Positions 31,331 to 40,792 of a stretch of 53,187 nt of DNA are shown here, piece by piece. The first letter of the stretch is position 1. Each line of letters starts with the position of its first letter. The notes under the pieces were generated by a model. The model made no database searches and was not told the origin of the DNA. It worked only from the letters and a program-made list of their open reading frames with translations. A program made the translations under genes and the position numbers. The stretch is from the sequence record DRR723986_4629; one strand, 5' to 3'.

Positions 31331-31363
31331 GTGCTGCCGCCAGAGCCCAAGCCCCGGCAGCAC
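31331..31363 (-). terminator. Stem-loop just after gltL (possible terminator or 3' protecting hairpin)
   Basis: GTGCTGCCG...CGGCAGCAC 9-bp stem, 11 nt after the gltL stop. The U-tract is weak. Confidence 0.5.
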
Positions 31364-31374
31364 AGAACTCAGGA

Positions 31375-32103
31375 TCAATGACCCAGAATTTTCGAAAGGA
31401 ACAATTGCGCACGCTCCGAGCGTGGTGTACCAAAAAAGTCTTCCTTGGTGCAGTCTTCAACAATATTGCCTTGATCCATGAAAATAACCCGGTCTGCAAC
31501 CTTGCGAGCAAAACCCATTTCGTGGGTTACGCACATCATGGTCATGCCTTCCTGAGCCAATTCCACCATCACATCAAGAACCTCGTTCACCATTTCAGGG
31601 TCAAGCGCCGAGGTGGGTTCATCAAACAACATGCAAATCGGGTCCATCGACAATGCGCGTGCAATCGCCACCCGCTGTTGCTGACCACCTGACAACTGCC
31701 CGGGAAACTTCTCGGCTTGGGCCTTCAAACCCACCCGATCCAACAAGCCCAAACCTTTTGCAACAGCCTCTTCTTTGGATCGACCCAGTACCTTGATTTG
31801 TGCCAAGGTCAGGTTCTCGGTGATGGTCAAGTGCGGGAACAATTCAAAGTTTTGAAACACCATGCCCACACGTGAACGCAACTTGGGCAGATCTGTACCT
31901 TTGGCACCCACCGAAACACCATCTACGGTGATAGTGCCTTCCTGGAAAGGCTCAAGCATGTTCACAGTTTTAATCAGGGTAGATTTACCTGAACCGGAAG
32001 GACCACACACCACCACTACTTCCCCTTTCTTGACAGAGGTTGTGCAATTGGTGAGCACCCTGAAACTGCCATACCACTTACTTACTTTATTGATTTCAAT
32101 CAC
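31375..32103 (-). CDS. gltL: Glutamate/aspartate ABC transporter ATPase
   Basis: [21 protein letters not shown] and FDEPTSALD motifs. Confidence 0.92.
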   Translation of the reverse strand: MIEINKVSKWYGSFRVLTNCTTSVKKGEVVVVCGPSGSGKSTLIKTVNMLEPFQEGTITVDGVSVGAKGTDLPKLRSRVGMVFQNFELFPHLTITENLTLAQIKVLGRSKEEAVAKGLGLLDRVGLKAQAEKFPGQLSGGQQQRVAIARALSMDPICMLFDEPTSALDPEMVNEVLDVMVELAQEGMTMMCVTHEMGFARKVADRVIFMDQGNIVEDCTKEDFFGTPRSERAQLFLSKILGH

Positions 32104-32115
32104 AGTGCTCTCCTG

Positions 32116-32802
32116 TTATCGAATGATTTGAGTTTTTCTCTGGAGCGCTTTGACCAGCATGGACAAGCTGAAACAGATCGCCAGATAAACCAAGGCTACA
32201 AAGGTGTACATCTCAACCAACGCGCTGTCGCGCTGCGCAATTTTTGATGCAGCACCCAGGAAATCGGTTACAGACAGCACATACACCAGCGATGTGTCTT
32301 GGAACAAAATAATGGTTTGAGTCAACAACACCGGAAGCATGTTGCGGAAGGCCTGTGGCAATACAATTTTCGCCATGGTCAAACGGTAGTTCAAACCCAG
32401 TGCCTGCGCGGCTGCCACCTGTCCTTTCGGAATACTTTGAATACCCGCCCGCATGATTTCGCAGAAAAATGCGGCTTCAAACATGATGAAGGTGATGTAA
32501 GCAGACCTGTCAGGACCAATTTGTGGCGGGCGTTCATAACCCATGACTGACTGCAAGACCACCGGCACCAGAAAATAGAACCAGAAGATCACCAGAATCA
32601 GGGGAATGGAACGCATGAGGTTGACGTAACCCGCTGCGATCATGGCCAGTGGCTTGATGCCAGACAAACGGGCCAAAGCCAACAATGTGCCAAAGAAAAT
32701 ACCGCCCAAACAGGCCACCACGGTGAGCTGCACCGTATAACCCAGACCCTGCATGAGGTACGGCAATGAAGTAGTGATTGCACTGAAGTCAAAATTGTTC
32801 AT
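32116..32802 (-). CDS. gltK: Glutamate/aspartate ABC transporter permease
   Basis: Polar amino acid permease with EIMRAGIQS and QTIILFQDTSLVY. Confidence 0.88.
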   Translation of the reverse strand: MNNFDFSAITTSLPYLMQGLGYTVQLTVVACLGGIFFGTLLALARLSGIKPLAMIAAGYVNLMRSIPLILVIFWFYFLVPVVLQSVMGYERPPQIGPDRSAYITFIMFEAAFFCEIMRAGIQSIPKGQVAAAQALGLNYRLTMAKIVLPQAFRNMLPVLLTQTIILFQDTSLVYVLSVTDFLGAASKIAQRDSALVEMYTFVALVYLAICFSLSMLVKALQRKTQIIR

Positions 32803-33542
32803 TATTTACCTCCAGTGATGTAGCCGGGCACAGCGGTTCGGCGTTCGACCAAAGCCATGACACGGTTCACCGTCATTGCCACAATCACGTACAACACAGT
32901 GGCGGCAATGTAAGCTTCAAAAAACGCAAAGGTGACTTCGCCCATTTCACGGGTTCTGAAGGTGAGTTCAGTCAGGCCAATCGTTAATGCCACCGAGGAG
33001 TTTTTAATCAGGTTCATTGCCTCGGAGGTCATGGGAGGAACAATGATTCGGTAGGCCATGGGCAACAACACGAAGCGATAGGTCTGACTTTCGGTCAAGC
33101 CCAAAGCGTAGCCCGCAGAACGCTGCCCGCGTGACAGAGACAAAATACCCGACTTGACCTGCTCGGCCACCCTGGACGCTGTAAACAAGCCCAAACAGAC
33201 TACTGAGGCCAGAAACTGCACGAAGGTGGGGTCTTGTTCAATCGACCAATCTTTCAAGGCCGGGATGAACTCTGGCACCACAAAATACCAGAGAAAAAAT
33301 TGGACAATCAGAGGGATGTTGCGGAAAATTTCCACGTACGCATTGCCCAGAAAAGCCAAGGGCTTGTTGGAGGTGGTGCGCAAAACACCCATCAAGGAAC
33401 CCACAGTGAAGGCAATGACGCCCGCAACTGCGGATGTGGCAAGGGTCCACAGCAGGCCGGAAAACAACATTTCCCACCACACCAGGGTTTCGCCTTCCAC
33501 AATCGGCTGAAAAAACAACAGCCAATTCAGGTCGCTATTCAT
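32802..33542 (-). CDS. gltJ: Glutamate/aspartate ABC transporter permease
   Basis: FRNIPLIVQFFLWYFVVPE, RVAEQVKSGI and KNSSVA motifs. Start taken at the ATG at 33542. Confidence 0.88.
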   Translation of the reverse strand: MNSDLNWLLFFQPIVEGETLVWWEMLFSGLLWTLATSAVAGVIAFTVGSLMGVLRTTSNKPLAFLGNAYVEIFRNIPLIVQFFLWYFVVPEFIPALKDWSIEQDPTFVQFLASVVCLGLFTASRVAEQVKSGILSLSRGQRSAGYALGLTESQTYRFVLLPMAYRIIVPPMTSEAMNLIKNSSVALTIGLTELTFRTREMGEVTFAFFEAYIAATVLYVIVAMTVNRVMALVERRTAVPGYITGGK

Positions 33543-33582
33543 TTTGGATACTCCCGAGTCAATATTCTCGGCCAATACAAGT

Positions 33583-33618
33583 AAAAGGCCGGCTCACGTT
33601 TGAAACGCACAGCCGGCC
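33583..33618 (-). terminator. Intra-operon stem-loop/terminator after gltI
   Basis: GGCCGGCT...AGCCGGCC 8-bp stem followed by TTTT on the minus strand. Confidence 0.65.
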
Positions 33619-33637
33619 CGTGACTGACTAGGGCAGT

Positions 33638-34537
33638 TTATTTAACGCCTTTGTCGTTTGGATTCGCGAATGCTTCCTTCAACAGCGGAGACATCGGGAA
33701 ATTCAGGTTGACGTTCTTCGGTGGAATCGGGCTCATGAACCACTTCGCGTAAAGCTTTTCAGCTTCGCCAGACTTGATCATGCTATTTACAGTCTCGTCG
33801 ACCAATGCCTTGAACTGAGGATCATCCTTGCGCAACATGATGCCATAGGGTTCTGTGCGCAGAATTTCTGGCAAGAACATGAACTCATCCGGATTTTTGC
33901 TTTGAGCAACCAAACCGGCAATCAGGATGTCGTCCATTACGAAAGCCTTGGCACGGTCATTGGCCACCAACAAGAAGCTTTCAGCATGGTCTTTGCCGTA
34001 AATTTCCTTGAAGTTGATGTTTGCACCCTTCTCGTTTTGCTTGATCAACTGAACTGAGGTGGTACCTGAAGTTGTCGCGATCGGTTGACCATCCAGATCG
34101 GCCAGTGACTTAATGCCACTGCTTTTCTTCACGACCACTTTCACGCTGGTGATGAAGGTGCTGTTTGCGAAAGAAACCTGTTCCTGACGAGCCACGGAGT
34201 TGGTGGTAGAACCACATTCCATGTCGATGGTGCCGTTTTGCAGCAACGGGATGCGGTTTGCAGAAGTAACTGGTTGCAATTGCACATTCAGGTTTGGCAT
34301 TTTCAACTTGGCTTTGACCGCATCAACAACCTTGTTGCACATGTCCATGTGGTAGCCGATCGGCTTTTGGTTGTTGTCCAGGTATGAAAACGGAACAGAG
34401 GACTCACGGTAACCCACCACGATGGTTTTGGTCTCGGAAATCTTTTTCAAAGTACCCGTGAGATCTTGGGCAACTGCGGGCTGAACAGCGGCTACACTGG
34501 CCACGGCCAACGCTGCTGCGAGGAGATTCCTTTTCAT
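33638..34537 (-). CDS. gltI: Glutamate/aspartate ABC transporter substrate-binding protein
   Basis: Signal peptide, RESSVPFSY, ECGSTTN and FVMDD motifs. Start at the ATG at 34537 with an AAGGAG RBS. Confidence 0.92.
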   Translation of the reverse strand: MKRNLLAAALAVASVAAVQPAVAQDLTGTLKKISETKTIVVGYRESSVPFSYLDNNQKPIGYHMDMCNKVVDAVKAKLKMPNLNVQLQPVTSANRIPLLQNGTIDMECGSTTNSVARQEQVSFANSTFITSVKVVVKKSSGIKSLADLDGQPIATTSGTTSVQLIKQNEKGANINFKEIYGKDHAESFLLVANDRAKAFVMDDILIAGLVAQSKNPDEFMFLPEILRTEPYGIMLRKDDPQFKALVDETVNSMIKSGEAEKLYAKWFMSPIPPKNVNLNFPMSPLLKEAFANPNDKGVK

Positions 34538-34614
34538 TTTTGCTCCTTGAATGAAAAAATTAAGCACAAACTGTGCACACACCCTGCGCCATACGAACCA
34601 GGTTCGAGACGGTA

Positions 34615-36033
34615 TTAAAGTTTTATTCTCCGAGGACGGGTGAGAACCTCGGGCCTGAGTATTTCATTCAACTGCTGCTCTGACAGTAAGCCTTTTTCGA
34701 GAACAAGCTCGGAAACCTTCCGGCCAGTTTTCAATGCAGTTTTTGCAATCTCAGATGCTTGATCATAGCCTATGTAAGGGTTCAGTGAGGTGGCCAAACT
34801 GGCTGATTCCTCGACCCTTTGACGCAAAAGTGACTCATTTGCGGTAATCCCTAATACGCAATTTTTCGTCAACGTTTTGCAAGCGGCTGTCAGGTGGTAA
34901 ATACTCTTGAACAGGCTCCATGCAATGATGGGCTCGAACGCATTCAGCTGCAGTTGGCCAGCCTCGGCCGCCATGGTGACAGTGACATCGTTACCAATCA
35001 CCTCAAATGCCACTTGGTTCACCACTTCCGGGATCACCGGATTCACCTTGCCGGGCATGATGGAAGAGCCTGCAGCCCGCGGCGGCAGATTAATCTCGTT
35101 CAGACCAGCCTGGGGCCCTGAGGACAGCAAGCGCAGATCGTTGCACATCTTGGACAACTTCACGGCCACGCGCTTGAGCACGCCAGAGAGCTGGACAAAA
35201 GATCCAGTGTCCTGAGTGGCCTCGACGAGATCGGCTGCAGTCACAAGGCCCAGCTGGGTGATTTCTTCGAGATAATGACGGGCACGAGCTGCATATTCCG
35301 GGTCGGTATTAATGCCGGTACCGATGGCAGTAGCCCCCAGATTGATTTCAGAGATCAAGCTGGTCGCCTCGCGCAGGCGTGCCATGTCTTCACCCAACAT
35401 GACGGAGAAAGTTGCGAACTCTTGCCCCAAAGTCATGGGCACGGCGTCCTGCAGCTGGGTGCGGCCGATTTTCAGGATTTTCCGGAATTCAAAGGCTTTT
35501 TCGCCGAAGGCCTCTTTCAGTTCTTCCATCGCGACCAACAGACCGGAGATGGCGTTGATCAGGCCGATTTTGACAGCAGTGGGGTACACATCGTTGGTGC
35601 TTTGAGAAGCGTTCACATGCTCAATCGGGTGCACCATTTTGTAATCACCCTTTTTACCGCCCAGTATTTCAATGGCGCGGTTGGCAATCACTTCGTTGGC
35701 ATTCATATTGGTCGAGGTGCCCGCACCACCCTGAATTACATCAACCACAAATTGATCGTGAAGTTTGCCGGTCCGAATCTCCTTGCACGCCTGAGTAATG
35801 GCTTTGGCCAGATCGTGAGAAATAGTGTCGAGATCGGCATTGGCTTTGGTCGCGGCCCATTTGACTGCGGCCAGTGCGTTGATGAGTTCGGGAGCGTTGT
35901 ACAGCGGAAAGCCGGTAATTTGATAATTGTCGAGGGCTCGACTGGTGTGGACTCCCCAGTAGGCGTCCGCGGGGATCTTCTTTTCACCAAGAAGGTCTTT
36001 TTCCACGCGATGCTCTGAGTGCTGCTTGACCAT
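34615..36033 (-). CDS. aspA: Aspartate ammonia-lyase
   Basis: QGGAGTSTNMNANE, SQSTNDVYPT, GRTQLQDA and GSSIMPGKVNP motifs. Start probably 36033 (AGGGG RBS); the ORF track uses 36066. Confidence 0.93.
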   Translation of the reverse strand: MVKQHSEHRVEKDLLGEKKIPADAYWGVHTSRALDNYQITGFPLYNAPELINALAAVKWAATKANADLDTISHDLAKAITQACKEIRTGKLHDQFVVDVIQGGAGTSTNMNANEVIANRAIEILGGKKGDYKMVHPIEHVNASQSTNDVYPTAVKIGLINAISGLLVAMEELKEAFGEKAFEFRKILKIGRTQLQDAVPMTLGQEFATFSVMLGEDMARLREATSLISEINLGATAIGTGINTDPEYAARARHYLEEITQLGLVTAADLVEATQDTGSFVQLSGVLKRVAVKLSKMCNDLRLLSSGPQAGLNEINLPPRAAGSSIMPGKVNPVIPEVVNQVAFEVIGNDVTVTMAAEAGQLQLNAFEPIIAWSLFKSIYHLTAACKTLTKNCVLGITANESLLRQRVEESASLATSLNPYIGYDQASEIAKTALKTGRKVSELVLEKGLLSEQQLNEILRPEVLTRPRRIKL

Positions 36034-36093
36034 GTCATCCCCTGACGAATTCTGAATGTGGGCCATGCTAAATCTTTAGTGGCCAGCACTCCA

Positions 36094-36129
36094 ATACTTA
36101 ATCAGCATTAAACCATGCATTTCGCGCAT
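36094..36129. promoter_or_regulatory. Tandem LysR-type boxes upstream of aspA
   Basis: ATGC-N7-GCAT at 36115-36129 and ATAC-N7-GCAT at 36094-36108, both T-N11-A, 21 bp apart. Confidence 0.65.
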
Positions 36130-36170
36130 ATCCAAAGAAACCCTAATAAGGGTTATCCACAGAGGGGGGA

Positions 36171-37082
36171 TTAGTCAGGCCAGTAATGCCAGATTAAATC
36201 CGCCTGCTCATGCGCGGCAGAATTCTCGGTATGACGCTGTATGCGCCGATACAAGCGAACCTCCATGTCAGTGAAATAGGGCCCTTGAATTTTGCAAAGG
36301 CCGGACCCGGGCAGCACCGCGCTTTCAGGTAACCAGGCCACACCCAAGCCCGCTTCACACATCGATTTCAAACTTTCAGACATGTCCGTTTCGAACAGTG
36401 ATTTTTTCAAAAAGAGTGGGCCTGCTTCCATCGCGATGTCGGTCATCTTCGACAGATAAGCATGTTTGGAATACGACAGATAGGGCACGGGCAAAGGCGC
36501 CAATGGGTCCAGCGAATAGACCGGGTTGCCCTCGACGGTCATGGCGCTGTATGGCTCAAACCGTTCCGTGCCCAACACTCGAACTTCAAACTTGCTGGGG
36601 TCGAGTTCAATGGGCTCTCGGCTGTGGTGGTAGCAAATCAGAAAATCACTTGCACCGTCAGTGAAGTACAACACGGCATCGTGCACGTTGCTGGCCGTTA
36701 GCTGAAAACTCAGATCGGGCAAACGGTCAGCAAGCTTGGCTTTCAAACTGCTGACCCAATGCGGCGCCTTGCTGCAGGCCAAGGTGTGCGGCACCACCAA
36801 TCGGATGGGTTGGCGGCTTTGCAGGCTGCCGCCCCGAACAATGGTGCGAGCCTGGCGGATTTGCTCCAGCATGGTGAGCGCCTGTTCGTAAAACACCTCA
36901 CCTTGCGGGCTCAGTCGCGTGGGGTAAGATCCCCGGTCGATCAACTCGCAGCCCAGCCAACCCTCAAGCGCCTGAATACGGCGTGAGAAAGCGGGCTGCG
37001 TGACGCACCTCAGGTTGGCCGCTTTCGAAAAATTCTTGGTTTGGGCCAGCGTGATGAAATCTTCAAGCCATTTGGTTTCCAT
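36171..37082 (-). CDS. LysR family transcriptional regulator
   Basis: METKWLEDF...NFSKAA...TQPAFSRRIQALE HTH and GLGVAWLP. Confidence 0.92.
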   Translation of the reverse strand: METKWLEDFITLAQTKNFSKAANLRCVTQPAFSRRIQALEGWLGCELIDRGSYPTRLSPQGEVFYEQALTMLEQIRQARTIVRGGSLQSRQPIRLVVPHTLACSKAPHWVSSLKAKLADRLPDLSFQLTASNVHDAVLYFTDGASDFLICYHHSREPIELDPSKFEVRVLGTERFEPYSAMTVEGNPVYSLDPLAPLPVPYLSYSKHAYLSKMTDIAMEAGPLFLKKSLFETDMSESLKSMCEAGLGVAWLPESAVLPGSGLCKIQGPYFTDMEVRLYRRIQRHTENSAAHEQADLIWHYWPD

Positions 37083-38901
37083 GGGCAGACGCGTTGGGTT
37101 GACTGTGCTGTTGAATCAGCCACATTCGGGCGTATTCACCATTCTTGTCAAGTAGTGATTCATGGCTGCCACTTTCGATCACCTCACCCTGACTAATCAC
37201 CAGAATTTGGTGAGCATGCACCACCGTGCTTAAACGGTGGGCAATGATCAAGGTAGTGCGGTTGCGGGACAGCATTTGCAGCTCTTGCTGAATGGCGCGT
37301 TCTGATTTGGAATCCAGCGCTGAAGTGGCCTCGTCGAAAATAAGAATCGCCGGATTTTTCAAGATGGTGCGGGCAATGGCCACGCGTTGCTTCTCTCCAC
37401 CTGAAAGCTTGAGCCCACGCTCTCCCACCTGGGTTTTGTAGCCATCCGGCTGACTCACAATGAATTCATGGATATGCGCCGCTTTGGCTGCCGCCTCGAT
37501 TTCAGTCTGACTGGCATCTGGCCTGCCATAGGCGATGTTGTAAGCAATGGTGTCGTTAAATAGCACAGTGTCTTGAGGAACAATGCCAATGCTTCTCCTC
37601 AATGAAATCTGTGTGACGTCCCGAATGTCTTGCCCATCAATGAGAATGGCGCCATCCGTGACCTCATAGAAGCGGTACAGCAAACGCGACAACGTAGATT
37701 TACCCGCACCGCTGTGGCCTACCACCGCCACGGTATGGCCTGCGGGCACCGAGAACGACATGTTCTTCAGCACCATGCGGCGTTCGTCATACGCAAAGTT
37801 CACGTTGCGAAATTCTATGGCACCTCCTTTTACCTGCAGATCAGGAGCATGTGGCCTGTCTTTGACTTCCAGGTTTTCATCCATCAGGCCAAACATTCGT
37901 TCGATGTCAGCCAAAGCCTGCTTGATTTCCCGGTAAATGACACCCAAAAAATTCAGAGGAATATACAGCTGAATCATGAAGGCGTTCACCAGCACCAAAT
38001 CACCCAAAGTCATTGACCCGTCCAACACACCAGCGGTTGCACGCCACAACACCAAAGTCACCGCCACGGCGATGATCGCACTTTGCCCGGTATTCAAAAG
38101 AGTGAGGGATTTTTGCGAGCGAATGGCAGCCTCTTGCCAAGCGGCCATGCTTTTGTTGTACCGATCGGACTCAAAACGCTCGTTGCCGAAATACTTCACG
38201 GTTTCATAGTTGATCAGCGAGTCGACTGCACGCACATTGGCTTTGGAATCCAGGTCGTTCATGGTGCGGCGAAAATGCAGTCGCCATTCCGTGATTTTTA
38301 CGGTGAAGAAAATGTACAAGGTCAGTGCCACCGCCGTGATGACCGAGAACCAGATGTCGTAGTTGAGGAACAAATAGCCCACTACCAGTACGATCTCGAT
38401 CAGTGTTGGCAGGATGCTGTACAGCGTGTAGCTCACCAGGCTTGAAATGGCTCGGGATCCACGCTCGATGTCGCGGGTCACCCCTCCGGTTTGACGATTC
38501 AAATGAAACCGCAGCGACAGCGCATGCAGGTAATCAAACACCTGAATGGCAATGGCCCGCACTGCATTCTGGGTGACCCGGGCAAACAGGAATTCTCGCA
38601 GCTCGGTGAAGACCGTGGTAGACAGGCGCAACAAACCGTAAGCCACCAACAACACTGCCGGCATGGAGGCTGCGGCCAGCAAGGCATTGCTCTGCAAAAG
38701 CGGCGTCAGCTCATCGATGATTTCCTTGAGCACCAGAGGCACGCCCATGTTGGCGACCTTGGCGAGCACCAAACAGGCAATGGCGAAAATAACCCGCCAC
38801 TTGTATTCCCACAGATAAGGCAAAAGCTGGGCGATGGTGCCCCAGTCGCTTCGTTTTCGGGGTCTTGGTGGGGCGGACTCCACCGGTGCGGTTCTGCGCA
38901 T
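37063..38901 (-). CDS. ATM1/ABCB7-like ABC exporter (fused permease and ATPase)
   Basis: LSLRFHLNRQTG, DSLINYETVKYF, PLNFLG, GHSGAGKS and LSGGEKQR motifs. Confidence 0.92.
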   Translation of the reverse strand: MRRTAPVESAPPRPRKRSDWGTIAQLLPYLWEYKWRVIFAIACLVLAKVANMGVPLVLKEIIDELTPLLQSNALLAAASMPAVLLVAYGLLRLSTTVFTELREFLFARVTQNAVRAIAIQVFDYLHALSLRFHLNRQTGGVTRDIERGSRAISSLVSYTLYSILPTLIEIVLVVGYLFLNYDIWFSVITAVALTLYIFFTVKITEWRLHFRRTMNDLDSKANVRAVDSLINYETVKYFGNERFESDRYNKSMAAWQEAAIRSQKSLTLLNTGQSAIIAVAVTLVLWRATAGVLDGSMTLGDLVLVNAFMIQLYIPLNFLGVIYREIKQALADIERMFGLMDENLEVKDRPHAPDLQVKGGAIEFRNVNFAYDERRMVLKNMSFSVPAGHTVAVVGHSGAGKSTLSRLLYRFYEVTDGAILIDGQDIRDVTQISLRRSIGIVPQDTVLFNDTIAYNIAYGRPDASQTEIEAAAKAAHIHEFIVSQPDGYKTQVGERGLKLSGGEKQRVAIARTILKNPAILIFDEATSALDSKSERAIQQELQMLSRNRTTLIIAHRLSTVVHAHQILVISQGEVIESGSHESLLDKNGEYARMWLIQQHSQPNASAHGNQMA

Positions 38902-38992
38902 GCGATACTTCTCGGTACAAAAAAGAGGTGATTGGCAATGCTACCACTCGCCTCGGCACACGAGCCACACACTCAGCAGGAGACAAAAGCAA

Positions 38993-39811
38993 ATGGCAAG
39001 TATTCAACACAAAGTGATTGTAATCACCGGGGCTTCAGAAGGTATTGGTGCGGCATTGGCCATCAAACTGGCCCAAGGCAACAAACTGGTGCTGGCGGCA
39101 CGCCGACTCGAAAAACTTCAAGAGGTCGGCAAACAGGTGGTGGCGGCTGGCGGGCAGGTCCACTGTGTGGCCTGTGACGTGATGGAACAGGCCCAATGCG
39201 AGAACCTGGTGGAAGAATCAGTGAAAGCCTTTGGCGGTATTGACATGATTGTGAATAATGCGGGCGTCTCGATGCATGCGTGGTTTGAAGACATCACCGA
39301 CTTGGGTACCTTTGAGAGACTGTTCCGCGTCAATGTGATGAGCATGGTTTGGATTACCCACAAGGCACTGCCCCACATCAAGAAATCCAAAGGCTTGATC
39401 GTGGGCGTTTCCAGCCTGGCTGGCAAAACGGGTGTGCCCGCCCGCACCACCTATTGCACCAGCAAATTTGCAATGAGTGGTTTTATGGAAGCACTGCGCA
39501 TTGAATTGATGGGCACAGGTGTGGACGTGTGCGCAATTTTCCCGGGTGTGGTGGATACGGAAATTCGCCGCAACGGTTTGAACCCGAATGGCGAGCGCGC
39601 TGGTGTTTCAGGCCTTCGCGAGAAAGGCGCCATGACGGTTGAGCAGTGTGTGAACGAAATCGTGGATGCCATGGCCGAACGCAAGCGAGAATGGGTAATG
39701 ACAGCCAAAGGGCGCTTGGGCCTGAAGCTGAAACCGTTTGTGCCAGCCGTGATCGACAAAATGGCCAAAGATGCCTTGGACGATGAACACGGCGGCAGAA
39801 AGTCAGCCTGA
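38993..39811 (+). CDS. Short-chain dehydrogenase/reductase
   Basis: TGASEGIG, NNAG and YCTSK motifs. Start at the ATG at 38993 after AGGAG. Confidence 0.9.
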   Translation: MASIQHKVIVITGASEGIGAALAIKLAQGNKLVLAARRLEKLQEVGKQVVAAGGQVHCVACDVMEQAQCENLVEESVKAFGGIDMIVNNAGVSMHAWFEDITDLGTFERLFRVNVMSMVWITHKALPHIKKSKGLIVGVSSLAGKTGVPARTTYCTSKFAMSGFMEALRIELMGTGVDVCAIFPGVVDTEIRRNGLNPNGERAGVSGLREKGAMTVEQCVNEIVDAMAERKREWVMTAKGRLGLKLKPFVPAVIDKMAKDALDDEHGGRKSA

Positions 39812-39830
39812 ACGTAACCTATACCTCGGT

Positions 39831-40232
39831 TCAGGCGCCAAACAACATGACCGCCTGAACCACCACCGCCAATACGCTCAAGGCCAAAACAACGCCCAAC
39901 ACAGCAACGGCTTTGCGATTGGATTCGATTTGTGCAACCAGTTGCGTGTTTTGACTGGCCAACTCTTTGATGACCTCCGCAGATTGAACCACTTGAGCCT
40001 GCAAATCGGTGATCGTTTGCTCAGCCGCATTCAGGCGATGTTCCAGCTTTTCGACGGCGGCCATGTCCGTGGCCAACATCACATCGGTCACGTCGCTCTC
40101 GGTTTCACCATCCACCCGCTTTTTGGACACGCTGTTCCACAGCTTGACCGCACCATCGGCCACTTTGGGCGCATTTTTAATCACCTCGCCCCATGGCACC
40201 ATTTGCAACACCGTTACCCAACCTGCAGCCAT
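39831..40232 (-). CDS. Hypothetical coiled-coil protein with a C-terminal membrane anchor
   Basis: GAGG RBS, VPWGEVI.NAPKV motif, heptad-like region and hydrophobic C-terminus. Confidence 0.7.
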   Translation of the reverse strand: MAAGWVTVLQMVPWGEVIKNAPKVADGAVKLWNSVSKKRVDGETESDVTDVMLATDMAAVEKLEHRLNAAEQTITDLQAQVVQSAEVIKELASQNTQLVAQIESNRKAVAVLGVVLALSVLAVVVQAVMLFGA

Positions 40233-40377
40233 TGCTTCCTCAACTTATGGACCCGACAAAACGCCATTATCGTCGGTTTCGTGAGATCGGGTTGGTAGTG
40301 TGCACCTAGAATGAAATGCAGACTCTAGGCGCCCGGGTTTACAATCGAAAGCCAAACCAACAACAAAGCACCTGCAC

Positions 40378-40782
40378 ATGAGCACACCCAAACCGATTTT
40401 ATTGCCAGTCGACCGTGAACCCGTGATTCGGGTGATTCCCATGCCCAAAGACTCCAATGCTTCAGGCGACGTTTTTGGCGGCTGGATTATGGCGCAGGTG
40501 GACCTGGCTGGTTCGGTACCAGCGACAGCCCACGCCAAAGGCAGAATTGTGACCGTGGCAGTGAACGAGTTTATTTTCAAGGAACCCGTGTTTGTGGGTG
40601 ATTTGTGCAGCTTTTATGCTGAAGTGGTGAAGGTAGGCCGAACCTCGATGCAAATTTATGTGGAGGTATTCGCGCAACGTCGCTTGAAACCCGACGATGT
40701 GGCCAAAGTAACCGAGGCCTATGTGACCTATGTGGCTGTGGACGAGAACAGGAATTCCCGCCCGGTGGACCCACTCAAATAG
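40378..40782 (+). CDS. Acyl-CoA thioesterase (YciA-like hot-dog fold)
   Basis: MPKDSNASGDVFGGWIMAQVD and VGRTSM motifs. Confidence 0.9.
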   Translation: MSTPKPILLPVDREPVIRVIPMPKDSNASGDVFGGWIMAQVDLAGSVPATAHAKGRIVTVAVNEFIFKEPVFVGDLCSFYAEVVKVGRTSMQIYVEVFAQRRLKPDDVAKVTEAYVTYVAVDENRNSRPVDPLK

Positions 40783-40792
40783 GGCACTCGGT

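Noticed and set aside
31066..31374. RNase P RNA, tmRNA, SRP RNA, hammerhead ribozyme or CRISPR-like array
   Set aside because: No GAGGAAAGTCC, no tRNA-like ends and no SRP GGAA-loop motif. A minus-strand CTGAAGA has no downstream GAAA. The CAAGC-spaced units share no further similarity.
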